In this document: one piece after another, positions 44,234 through 53,272 of the stretch
How the letters are laid out: each line of letters starts with the position of its first letter
How positions within the stretch are numbered: position 1 is the stretch's first letter
Virus record (IMG/VR): IMGVR_UViG_3300048837_000676
Location: 1 to 53,272 of that record
DNA length: 53,272 nucleotides
Strand: one strand, 5' to 3'
Source of the DNA: a virus
Lineage: Duplodnaviria > Caudoviricetes
The notes under the pieces: generated by a model
The model's input: the letters and a program-made list of their open reading frames with translations, nothing else
Told to the model about the DNA's origin: nothing
Database searches by the model: none
Translations under genes and position numbers: made by a program

Positions 44234-47200
44234 AACGACCGGGCCAGTCCCCTTCCGGTGCCGCTTTGGAAGGACCGGCGCAGACTCTTGCCGGTCCCGG
44301 CCCTGCGTTCTTCCTCTGGAATGAAGCCGATCTCGCCAGGATCGTCCCGTTCCGCCAGCCCGGCCCGAATCCTCTCCCGTCGTTCGATGGTCTCCATTCG
44401 CTTGAGCTGGGTCTTGATGCTGGCCTCGGTCACGAACGAGACATTGCCGTGTGCGCTGGCTCGCACTCTGGCGTTGTAGAGTTCCACGTCCAGCAGAATC
44501 TTGGCCCATTCACCCTTGCCGCCGCCGGACAGCTTCCACCGCCGCATCCTGGTGTATAGCTCTGTCCGCTCGTCGCGGTACGCGCCCTCCGCCTGTCGGT
44601 CCTTCCATTGACGCTCTCGCTTCGCGGAGATTTCCGCCGGGTTGAATGCAAGGCTACGCAGGAACGCATCGTACCAGCTCGCCCGCAGACGTTCATCCCC
44701 GTAGTAGAGTGGTTGATTGGTGTGTGTGGTCACTCCCTCGGTTGCCTCGCGCAGTCCGCGCATCGGGCCTTGTAGCATTCGAGGGGCTAGCCGCTCCGCC
44801 CCTTTGTAGAGGTCGCCGCGAAGAATGTCGCCGAAGCCGTATCGGGCATCCTCGAACAGGGAATAGGGGGCTCCCAGCAGGTCTTTGAGATTCGTCGGGA
44901 TGTCGGTGATTCCAATGGCCAGCGAGCCCTTGAGGTTTACGCCGAGCATGCCGGGAACCCCCATGCGGGGGATTCGCCCGAAATAGTCGCCGAATTCCTC
45001 TTCGGCCCATCGGTAGAACGCCTCTTCCGGGTCGTCAGGGGGGGGCTGTCCAAAGGCGGCGAACAGCGCCTTCGCCATCAAAGCGAAGGCCGGGGTCGCA
45101 ATCATGGCCGCCCCGCCACCGAAGACAGCGGGCGAAAGCATCATGTAGGCAAAGGCTTTGGCGCTCGCCGCCCGGTCGTCGCCGAACAGGGCGTCGTAGC
45201 CCATCTCGCTCATAGTCTGGAGGTAGGTATGCGAGAAAGTCTTGTACATGTAGAAGCTGCGGGCAGTCTGCGCTCCGACGGACGGGCCGCGCGCCCATGC
45301 CGGGAGATTGACCTTTCCGTAGACGCCGTGCGCCTTGTCGCTGATCTCCTTGGCCTGTTGCAGCGCCGCATCCTGCTCGACGCCCTGCGCCCGCAGGCCG
45401 TAGTACGTGGCCGCAATCGTGCTGGCCCGGTTGATTCGTTCGGTGACACTGAACGGTAGCAGCGCTTTCTCGATCAGCCATCCCCAAGCGCCACGCGCCT
45501 TGCCCTGCAACACGCCGACGGCCTCCCGGTTCATCAAGGCGTCGTCCCAGCCGCGCTTGGAAATCTCGTCGAACAACCATGCGTCCTCGCCGGCCAGCCC
45601 TTCACCCTTGCCCCATCGGGCATGCGAGTAGTGCTTCCCGTAGTTGGTCGCCCCTCTGGTCAGCAGCCCGGCGGCGCGAGCCAGCGGGATTTTGCCGTAG
45701 TGGAGCATGGCGGCGGGGACCGTCGTCCCGAGCGCCGTCATGTTGACCAGCGCCGGGGCGATGCCGGACAGGTGCTTGATGGAGGCGACGCCTTTGACCA
45801 TGCCGAAGACCCGCTCGCTGGATTCTTCATTGCGAAGCATGTCGCGCATGAAGGCGGTGCCTTCCCGATATGCTTCCGGCTGGGTGGCCGAGTCGATTCG
45901 CCGCTTGTCCACTTCCGCGCTGTACGCTTTCCACACATCCTGCATGGCTTCCGGGTCGCTCCGGTCGATCTGGTTTGCCAGAATGTAGCCGTCGCGGAAT
46001 TCCGCCCAGCCGATGTCGGTGCCCGTGATCTGGCGCATCATGTCCCGCGCCATCATTCGCTTGGCGACTCCGCCCGCAGTCGCGTGGCCCGCCATAGCCA
46101 GCGCACGGAGAGCGTCGCGTTCGTAGCCGACGCGAACCTCGTCCCCGGTAGCCTGCCGTCGCCCGATTCGCCGGGACAGACTGCCTCGGCTCTGAATCAT
46201 GCCCGCAAGCTGTTTCACGAACGTGTTGGCGAAGGCTTGGGTAAGCTCGACTTCCCCGAACTGGTGCGCTGTCATGGCTTTGGCAAGTTGTCCTTCCAAC
46301 CCCTGTTTTGGATTGGCGAAATGCCAGACGTTGCCGGTGTCGGTCTGGCCGTCGTCGTAGAACCGGCCTCCGAAGTCCTTGAAAATCGCCGCCCAGGTGC
46401 CTCGTTGCGGAGCGTCGATTACCAGATGCCGTTCGGTCGTGCCGTCCTTTCGCGTGTAGGTGACTCGCGCCGCCGTCATGCCGAAGCCTTCCAGCGTGGC
46501 TTTCGCCCCGATCTTCTCCATCCGCTGCACGGCGTTGGCCACTGCATCGTTGAGCGCCACCAGATTCATGTCGAGGAAAGCCGCTTCGCTCGGGGTTTCG
46601 CTCAGAGACAAGCGGGCCGAGTAGCCCTGCTTTTCGAGGCTGGCCCGCCGCGCCCGCCGACTCAGCGGATTGTCGAACGCCTCCGTGATGGGCTGCTCGC
46701 CGTCCTTGTCCGCGTGGAGTAGATAGCGCCCGGTGCGAATGCGCGGCATGTAATATCCCCGGCGGTCGCCCATTTCCCGGATCGCTTCGAACAGGTCGAT
46801 AGTCCCGCCGTGCCCGTCGTCCATTTCCGGCATCGGCAGACCAAGTTCGTCCATCTTGGCTTTCAGTTCCTCGGCTTCACCCCGGATCATGTAGTACATC
46901 CGGTCGGCGATTTCCCGGTACTTGGACACTGCGAAAGCGGCGTCCTTCGAGAAACCGTCCGCCAGCAGGTCTTTGGACTCCAGCAGGCGGGCGTGTTGCC
47001 ATGCCGCCGCCTCGGTGTCATGCCGCGCAACCTCGTTGCCACCCGGGTTGATGACCGCCCAGGATTCCGAATCCGTCTGGCGGGCCGAGTAGCCCTTGGC
47101 GTCCATGTCGCGCTGCACAAGGTACTCGTTTGCCCGCTCCCATTCCTTGGGATTCCGGCGACCAAATTCGCGAATCAGCGCCAGGTCGCCTTCGCCTGTG

Positions 47201-50200
47201 CCAAAGATTTGCTCGCCCAGCCGGTGTTTGTTGTCGTTGTGCCCAAGCGCCGTGTCGAACATGCGCCGGAGAGCGGGGACTTTGGCGGCATAGTGCGAAA
47301 TGGTACGAAACACCGTGTCGAGGGGGGAGAGGTCAGGACGGGCATTCGAGTCTTTCACCCGGTTGTCGAAGAACCTTCCAAGCCAACTGATGCCTTCGCC
47401 CACCGCTACACGCCACGACTTCTCCGCTTCGGGTTCGGCCAAGCGGTAGTCGTAATCGCCGTCCTGTCCAGGAGATTTGACAGAATGCCACCACTGGTAT
47501 ACCTTGTTTCTAGCGAGGCCATCTTGCGTAACCCCCCGGTTTGTTACCGGGTCAGGTCCGGCAAGGTGGCCTTTCTCTATGATGCCCATCCAAGTGATGT
47601 TGTGATCGTGGTAGCGGTCGAAGACTTCCAGCCCTTCCTTCAACTCGAAGGTGGTCAACTGCATATAGACTTCCTGCCCGTTGATGGAAGCCTTAACCGC
47701 GTAGGTGTGCCACATTTTGATGTTGGCATACTTTTTGGGGTCTTTCTCCTGTTCGGAATAGATGTGCATTGCCTGTTCGAGCATGGCAGGCAGTCCGGGA
47801 ATTGCCCGCATGATGCGCGGGTCGGCACTGTGCGACGCTGGCTTTCCAAACTGGCCTAGGCGGAAAACGAATCGTCTCCCGTCCCGGCGGTTCACCACTG
47901 CGTTTTGCACTTCGCCGTGCCGTTCCACCAGCTTGGCGTACTCCCTACTGCCAATCTCTATCAGTCGGCTTCTGTCCCCCTCTTCCCCGAAGGCCGAAGT
48001 GTCCACCACTACTGGCGGCATGGTCCGGACCGCCTCCCGCTTCTCCCAATCGCTCATCGCGTCGGAGCGCCGGAACGTCACCTGCTCTGCGTTTGCCGAA
48101 TCCCGCGTCGTGCTCCGCTTCGCATATTCGCCAGCGAGAAGCCGGTCGTAGAAGTCCAGCAGCTTATCCGCGTCGCGGGCAGTCCCCAGGAACGAGCGGA
48201 GCCGACGGAGCAAGCGAGCCACGAATTGACGAGCCTTGCCGACAATCCCCCGGCCATCGCGGGCGTACTGGATAATGCCCTCGGCCCGCGCCTCCGCGTC
48301 CGGCATGGCATTGCGCAGGCCGGCCAGTTCGTCCGGCGTGAGGAACAGGTCTTCCGCCCGGTGGACGGCTTCGTGCAGAACCGTGCTTTCAGGGTCGCCC
48401 TTGCCGGTGGAAATCTCCGCCCAGCCGTCGCGGTAGCGCCCCATTGCCTCCCGCCCGTCCGGAGTCAGGATGTTGTCGCGAAGAGTCAGCCATTCGTCGC
48501 CGAACAGCCGCTTGCCCAGGGCAAGAAGCCGCGCCTTGTCGGCAGGGCCGAGGGATTGCGAAACGTCCTGGAAGCTGATGCCTTCCCCCGTGCGGTACAA
48601 CTCCACGCCCCGGTCGGTCTCGCGGGTCTTGATGGTGGAAACCAGTTTGTCGAAAAGGGCGTTTGTCGCTTGCCGTTCTTCCCCGAACGGTGCCCACGCG
48701 GATTCCGCCTCTTCCTCCGCTGCGCGGGTAAGGTACGAGTTGCGGATGTCGATCTCAGCCAAACGGTCCCCGACGAAGGCGTTGAATGCACGGGCGAACA
48801 TTTCCGGGGAGGTAGCCCAGTAGCTCTTCCCCCCCTTCAGCCCGTCCATCTCCTGGGAACTCTTCAGGTATTTAGAATCGGTAAGCGCCGGTTCGTGGGT
48901 CTTTTGGTGCGCAGCGGAATCGGAGATGTACAGAAGGTGGTTCAGGTTCCCCTGCAACCCGTCAATCTGCTGTTTGCTGTACTTCTCTCTCTTGGCGTTG
49001 CCAGCTTGGTAGAGGTCGCGCATCTGCTGGACGACAGGAGATAGGGTATGGGAAACGTTGCGCCCGTTGACCACCGTCTGCCCTGCGCCCCCAACGTCCA
49101 GAGTGCGGACTTTGTTCGCCAGCTTGTCAAATGCCTCGCCGTAGGTGGTAGTCCCACCGTCTCCGTCGGGGACCTGCTGGGATTCGTCCATACCCTGCAT
49201 GAAGTCGCGGCGGATGCTGGCCAGCCAGCTTTCCATGTTCTTCCGCCCCTTGTCCATGTTGGCTTGGTGCTTGGCGGTCAAATCTTCCGGCGTCATGGGC
49301 CGCTGGCGCATCGCTGTGACCAAGTCCCTGAAGATGGCGACGATTTCCGGGCGCAGCCCGGAGAATGCCGCAGTCCGGTAGTGGGATGTCATAAAGGGGT
49401 CGCCGCCCCGATCAAGGCCACCTTGGCGGGCGAAGTAGTGATCCAACCCGTGCGCCCACTCATGCGCCAGCGCCCCTGCCCCTGCCGTGCGGGTAAGGTT
49501 GATCTCGTTCACGCCAGGCACGAAGTGGGCTGCGTAGACTCCGCTACCTTGGGCACCAAACGCGAGGCCAAGTAGACCGTTCAACGACATTGCCTGCGGT
49601 GGTACTCCCATGACGGCGGCAAGGTCCATGAACGAGTCGTAGGCATGGTTCAGGTGCAACTGGCGCTCGGCTTCGTTGGTGTTGCCGTGCATCCAGTTCC
49701 CGAAGTTGACGCCTTTGAACCCGAACGTGGTCTGAAGCATCTCGCTGGTGGCGTCCACGCCATCGGGACGGCGAGAAACACCAAAGCGGCTGGCTTGCGC
49801 CACGGCCATCCCCTCTTCCGCTATACGGGTCTTTCCCTTCGGTGCCGTTGCTCCCTTTGCGGCGGCAGACGCATCGGCTTCGGTATCGTGGACGCTCACT
49901 TTTTGCCCGGACTTGTTTAGGAGGACGTATTTCCCCTCCATCTCTGCGCGGGCCTTGTCCACCTCTGCTATCACTTTCGGGTCGGTGACTGACGTTGCGT
50001 CGCTGATGATTACGCTGGAGATGGACCGAGCGCTCGCTCCTCCGCCATCGATTGCGAACCGCACACTGACCATAGGTATGCTGGCCCCTCCTGGTTTGGC
50101 CCGATTCCAAGTAAACGGTGCCGCAACCAGCTTGTCTACCAGCATGATCTTGTAGCCACGACGCTGCCAGGCTTCCGTTTTCGCGGGCCAGCCAAGACCA

Positions 50201-53200
50201 ATTTCCTTGCTGGCTCGGATGGCTTCGTCCATCCCCGGCTGAAGGGAGGAAATGAACTTGTTCCCTCCGAGAATCATCACTTCCTCGCGCCGGGTTCTCC
50301 ACCCATCCGGGTAAACGGCCCCCAGCGGGCGCACCACGTTGGAGGTTTCAGACATGAGAGACGAGACAGAAAACGGCCCGGCCTGTAGGCGGCGTTCGGC
50401 ACGGGTTCCCAAATCGCGGACGAATGCCTCCCCGCGTCCGTCGGTAGCCCACTCGTTGATGGCCTGCATGACCCGGTTCACGCCTTCGATGTACTGCTGC
50501 AACTGAGCGTCGGTCGGAGCGCCGCTGGTTGCGGGCTTGGCCGCGATGCCGTCGTATGCCTGTTTCACCATGTGCGCGAGAACGGGATTCATCCCGTCCC
50601 CAACCATTCCCTCGTAGTCAGGCTTCGGAGACACTTTCTGCTTGGTCGTTTCGCGGACACGCAGCGCGGTTTCCTTGCCTTCGAGGTCCGCCCACTTGAC
50701 ACCCGTGATAATTCGGTTGCGCTTGTTGTAGACGAGTTCGGTCCCCACGTCGGAGGTGCGGGACTCATTTACCCGCTTCGCCTCTTCCCTGGCTGCGGCC
50801 TGCTTCTCGATGGAGTCGTTGAACTTCTTCGCTTCGTCTCGTGCTTGGCGGGAGACGCTCTTTCGATGTTCCTTCACGTCCGCGATAGACACAAACCGCT
50901 GCATGTTGCCCCACTCCACCCACAGTTCTTCCCCCGATTTCTCGGGATGCACGGATAGAACGTCGAAAGCCGTTTCCCCGGCAGCAAGGTCAACGACCAC
51001 CACGTCGTTTACATGAATCTCGCTCAGAGGCACACCGTCCTGCGTGGTCAGCACGGCGACCACGGGCGCGACACTTCGCTCCGGAAGTTGCAGCGCCACC
51101 ATGTAGTTCTGCACCTCTTCATACTGCGCGGGGTCCAGCCGACCGAAGGTTTCTCCGGGATAGGCATTGGTGGCGTCGTTCAGCATTCTCAAGGTTGCCA
51201 CCCGAGCGGCGTTGTGCGCCATTCGTTGCTGTTCCTGGACGCTGCCATTGCGGGCACGGTCCGGTTCGGTAAGGCGAAGTTCCGGACGGGGGGGCATTGC
51301 TCCCGATGGCTTGGCTTTTTCTTCGGGTTGCGCTTCTTTCACTCGCACCGGAGCCATGCGAACATCTTCGGCGTTGACTCGGGTTGCGCCTGGGCCGGGT
51401 TCGGAACCGGGCAGGGATACGTTGAACAACCGCCCCTGATTTTGTGCACTCCGGATTTCGTAGGGACGCCATGCGTACTGCTTCCGCCCGATCTGTGTCC
51501 TGACGACAGCGGGAACGCCGTACAACGCGCCTTGCACTTCCGGCGAGTCCATGTCCAGCCCCACAATTGCTTCCTCGGCGGAGACGTACCCAGCGGGGAT
51601 TTCGCCGCTGGTGGCGTCCGCCGTCGCTTTGACTGCCTGCGGAGCGGTGGGGGCTTCCGCTCCCGTCAGACGCTTGATGCTTTGCGCTTCCTGTGCGCTG
51701 GGCTGGAATTCACCGAAGTATTCGACGAATGTGGTGGCACTGTCATTAGTCCCGATTCGGTTGCCTCCATCCGTTTGCCGGGTGATGTAGCCGTGCTTGC
51801 CATCGGCAAACTGCCGGGCTTCGCGCAAGGTGTCGAACATGCGGGTTTCAGAAGTTCTACCCACATTGGCCTGCTCGGTCCAGTTGACAAACCACGCCAG
51901 TTTTTCTCCCTTGGCGGGGATGGTGGGTACAATCGGTGGCTCCCAAACGTTTTTGTCATATCCCCATTGCGTCCACCCAATTTCGCGAAGGCGCGACTCA
52001 ACTGCCGTTCTGTTTTCAGCAGGGGCATAGGTCTTTTCCCCCCTGTTATCTTTGGGGAACCGCCAATCGCGAAGCGTGATGCTCCCTACTCCTTGTCGAA
52101 CGGCATCGTCTACGTCTGACGGGACAGCATGAAATAGGTTGATCCTCCCAATGGACTTGCCGGGAGACCCTTCCGGTCTCGTTTGAATTTCCAGCCCAGA
52201 TTTAGACTCAGGCGCGGGCTTTGCCGCTTCCGGCAGCGTCTCCGGCGTATAGTGGGAAGGCTCTCCGTTCGCAAAGTGCCGACGCCCAGAAGACGCATGG
52301 ATTTCGTCGGGGTCGTAGGGTGATGGGTCCGAAACTCGATCAAACCCGTTTGCCACATAGCCACGAACGTCTTCCACATCCGTCCCGTCAACACGGGCCA
52401 AATCCCCGTCCCGGTTCTGAGCAAAAAATGAGAAGGAAAGCGGCCTGCCGGTTTTTCCGTAATTCAAGTTGGCCGCCGCTTTGCGACTTTCAACTGGCGT
52501 TTCAGCGGCGCGAACGATCCTCTGCTCCCGACCTTCTTCACGGTTCTTGGTTTTTGCCGCAAAGGCATAGGCTTGATCCAGCCATTCCTTTTCCTTCTTT
52601 GGCGTAACCATCTTTGTTAGCCCAAGTGCGGTATGCAGGTGTTCGCGCCCATAGACGCGAACACGGCCCTTTGCATCGGCAACGTACCAGGCATGGACGA
52701 TTGCTCGGCCGCATTCGGCGCATGGCATAGCCCGATCCCAGTCGCTAACCATCGCTGCCTTCAACCCCCCGTCCGCGCTGTCTTTTTCGCCTTCGCGACG
52801 AACATGGACGTGGGCCAACAACTGCGATCCGTTTTTTCCGTCAATACCGGTTCCAAACACATCCACAACGTCGGTGGAGCGGTTGGCTGTAGGGAAGTAG
52901 ACCACCCCTTTGCGGTGGACTTCCTGGCTCGCCGGTTCCTGTACTACTGGCTTTGCCGCGTTTAGGAGAGAACGCATTGTGTCGTCGATCAAAGGGTCGG
53001 CCGTTCCCTCGTCCCGTTGCCACATTGTGTCACCGGGGCGTTTCGCGTTGTGATTGCGCACCCACTCCCGCGCCAATTCCTTCGCGGCGGCGGCGGCTTC
53101 CTGTGGCGACTTTCCCCGGTTGACCTTGGAAAGCATCTCGCGAAGCACGTCCGCTTTGATTGATTCGTCAAACCTGGCCGGGCCGACAGGGAGAGTCCCG

Positions 53201-53272
53201 CCTGGCTCTGCAAGTTTGCGATCACGGTTGAAGTATGTTTCCTCCTCTGCTCTGATTCGACGCATCTCGGTG
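44230..53272 (-). CDS. Giant large polyvalent protein, C-terminal ~3,010 aa (LPD5-like, LPD1, zincin HExxH motifs, LPD3-like segment, PLxRFG/LPD38-like C-terminus)
   Basis: The 3011-aa ORF is open to the window edge. Motifs seen: PKPDYEGMV; FGFKGVNFGNW...SLNGLLGLAFGAQG...INLTR..GAGALAHEWAH (49450-49464); YWATSPEMFARAF; and a second HExxH, HEAVH (48361-48375). These are typical of large polyvalent proteins of phages and conjugative elements. Confidence 0.85.
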   Translation of the reverse strand, partial: TEMRRIRAEEETYFNRDRKLAEPGGTLPVGPARFDESIKADVLREMLSKVNRGKSPQEAAAAAKELAREWVRNHNAKRPGDTMWQRDEGTADPLIDDTMRSLLNAAKPVVQEPASQEVHRKGVVYFPTANRSTDVVDVFGTGIDGKNGSQLLAHVHVRREGEKDSADGGLKAAMVSDWDRAMPCAECGRAIVHAWYVADAKGRVRVYGREHLHTALGLTKMVTPKKEKEWLDQAYAFAAKTKNREEGREQRIVRAAETPVESRKAAANLNYGKTGRPLSFSFFAQNRDGDLARVDGTDVEDVRGYVANGFDRVSDPSPYDPDEIHASSGRRHFANGEPSHYTPETLPEAAKPAPESKSGLEIQTRPEGSPGKSIGRINLFHAVPSDVDDAVRQGVGSITLRDWRFPKDNRGEKTYAPAENRTAVESRLREIGWTQWGYDKNVWEPPIVPTIPAKGEKLAWFVNWTEQANVGRTSETRMFDTLREARQFADGKHGYITRQTDGGNRIGTNDSATTFVEYFGEFQPSAQEAQSIKRLTGAEAPTAPQAVKATADATSGEIPAGYVSAEEAIVGLDMDSPEVQGALYGVPAVVRTQIGRKQYAWRPYEIRSAQNQGRLFNVSLPGSEPGPGATRVNAEDVRMAPVRVKEAQPEEKAKPSGAMPPRPELRLTEPDRARNGSVQEQQRMAHNAARVATLRMLNDATNAYPGETFGRLDPAQYEEVQNYMVALQLPERSVAPVVAVLTTQDGVPLSEIHVNDVVVVDLAAGETAFDVLSVHPEKSGEELWVEWGNMQRFVSIADVKEHRKSVSRQARDEAKKFNDSIEKQAAAREEAKRVNESRTSDVGTELVYNKRNRIITGVKWADLEGKETALRVRETTKQKVSPKPDYEGMVGDGMNPVLAHMVKQAYDGIAAKPATSGAPTDAQLQQYIEGVNRVMQAINEWATDGRGEAFVRDLGTRAERRLQAGPFSVSSLMSETSNVVRPLGAVYPDGWRTRREEVMILGGNKFISSLQPGMDEAIRASKEIGLGWPAKTEAWQRRGYKIMLVDKLVAAPFTWNRAKPGGASIPMVSVRFAIDGGGASARSISSVIISDATSVTDPKVIAEVDKARAEMEGKYVLLNKSGQKVSVHDTEADASAAAKGATAPKGKTRIAEEGMAVAQASRFGVSRRPDGVDATSEMLQTTFGFKGVNFGNWMHGNTNEAERQLHLNHAYDSFMDLAAVMGVPPQAMSLNGLLGLAFGAQGSGVYAAHFVPGVNEINLTRTAGAGALAHEWAHGLDHYFARQGGLDRGGDPFMTSHYRTAAFSGLRPEIVAIFRDLVTAMRQRPMTPEDLTAKHQANMDKGRKNMESWLASIRRDFMQGMDESQQVPDGDGGTTTYGEAFDKLANKVRTLDVGGAGQTVVNGRNVSHTLSPVVQQMRDLYQAGNAKREKYSKQQIDGLQGNLNHLLYISDSAAHQKTHEPALTDSKYLKSSQEMDGLKGGKSYWATSPEMFARAFNAFVGDRLAEIDIRNSYLTRAAEEEAESAWAPFGEERQATNALFDKLVSTIKTRETDRGVELYRTGEGISFQDVSQSLGPADKARLLALGKRLFGDEWLTLRDNILTPDGREAMGRYRDGWAEISTGKGDPESTVLHEAVHRAEDLFLTPDELAGLRNAMPDAEARAEGIIQYARDGRGIVGKARQFVARLLRRLRSFLGTARDADKLLDFYDRLLAGEYAKRSTTRDSANAEQVTFRRSDAMSDWEKREAVRTMPPVVVDTSAFGEEGDRSRLIEIGSREYAKLVERHGEVQNAVVNRRDGRRFVFRLGQFGKPASHSADPRIMRAIPGLPAMLEQAMHIYSEQEKDPKKYANIKMWHTYAVKASINGQEVYMQLTTFELKEGLEVFDRYHDHNITWMGIIEKGHLAGPDPVTNRGVTQDGLARNKVYQWWHSVKSPGQDGDYDYRLAEPEAEKSWRVAVGEGISWLGRFFDNRVKDSNARPDLSPLDTVFRTISHYAAKVPALRRMFDTALGHNDNKHRLGEQIFGTGEGDLALIREFGRRNPKEWERANEYLVQRDMDAKGYSARQTDSESWAVINPGGNEVARHDTEAAAWQHARLLESKDLLADGFSKDAAFAVSKYREIADRMYYMIRGEAEELKAKMDELGLPMPEMDDGHGGTIDLFEAIREMGDRRGYYMPRIRTGRYLLHADKDGEQPITEAFDNPLSRRARRASLEKQGYSARLSLSETPSEAAFLDMNLVALNDAVANAVQRMEKIGAKATLEGFGMTAARVTYTRKDGTTERHLVIDAPQRGTWAAIFKDFGGRFYDDGQTDTGNVWHFANPKQGLEGQLAKAMTAHQFGEVELTQAFANTFVKQLAGMIQSRGSLSRRIGRRQATGDEVRVGYERDALRALAMAGHATAGGVAKRMMARDMMRQITGTDIGWAEFRDGYILANQIDRSDPEAMQDVWKAYSAEVDKRRIDSATQPEAYREGTAFMRDMLRNEESSERVFGMVKGVASIKHLSGIAPALVNMTALGTTVPAAMLHYGKIPLARAAGLLTRGATNYGKHYSHARWGKGEGLAGEDAWLFDEISKRGWDDALMNREAVGVLQGKARGAWGWLIEKALLPFSVTERINRASTIAATYYGLRAQGVEQDAALQQAKEISDKAHGVYGKVNLPAWARGPSVGAQTARSFYMYKTFSHTYLQTMSEMGYDALFGDDRAASAKAFAYMMLSPAVFGGGAAMIATPAFALMAKALFAAFGQPPPDDPEEAFYRWAEEEFGDYFGRIPRMGVPGMLGVNLKGSLAIGITDIPTNLKDLLGAPYSLFEDARYGFGDILRGDLYKGAERLAPRMLQGPMRGLREATEGVTTHTNQPLYYGDERLRASWYDAFLRSLAFNPAEISAKRERQWKDRQAEGAYRDERTELYTRMRRWKLSGGGKGEWAKILLDVELYNARVRASAHGNVSFVTEASIKTQLKRMETIERRERIRAGLAERDDPGEIGFIPEEERRAGTGKSLRRSFQSGTGRGLARSF

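Noticed and set aside
44230-53272. N4-like virion RNA polymerase or DarB methylase-helicase
   Set aside because: I saw no polymerase, NPPY/F methylase or SNF2 motifs; LPD and zincin motifs dominate.

Overview
The window looks like a complete, circularly permuted ~53.3 kb genome of a GC-rich, short-tailed (podovirus-like) dsDNA phage of temperate ancestry. Almost every gene is on the minus strand. Reading in transcription order from ~43.7 kb leftwards, it carries: a cro/arc-like switch and an excisionase-like gene; a replication/recombination module (SMC-like ATPase, AAA_24/Sak4, SSB, SF2 helicase, PriCT-2/AAA_25 primase-helicase); a mosaic accessory block with a PAPS-reductase-family gene; two paralogous promoter-small genes-HTH cassettes flanking an iteron array and rusA; terS; head and tail fibre genes with an atypical tRNA(CAT)-like element; terL, portal, scaffold, major capsid, adaptors, tail nozzle and ejection proteins; and one giant (~5,045 aa) large polyvalent protein whose reading frame runs in-frame across the window ends. 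The only clear plus-strand gene is a CI-like repressor that appears truncated. I could not recognise an integrase or an endolysin. The most interesting signal is the pair of self-contained cassettes at 26.9-28.3 kb and 29.1-30.0 kb, which have acr-aca-like architecture: matching promoters, paired palindromic operators 30 bp apart, a conserved leader hairpin, repeated GACNGCCA-loop hairpins and a terminal HTH gene. All family assignments come from motif recognition by eye and have not been confirmed by database search.
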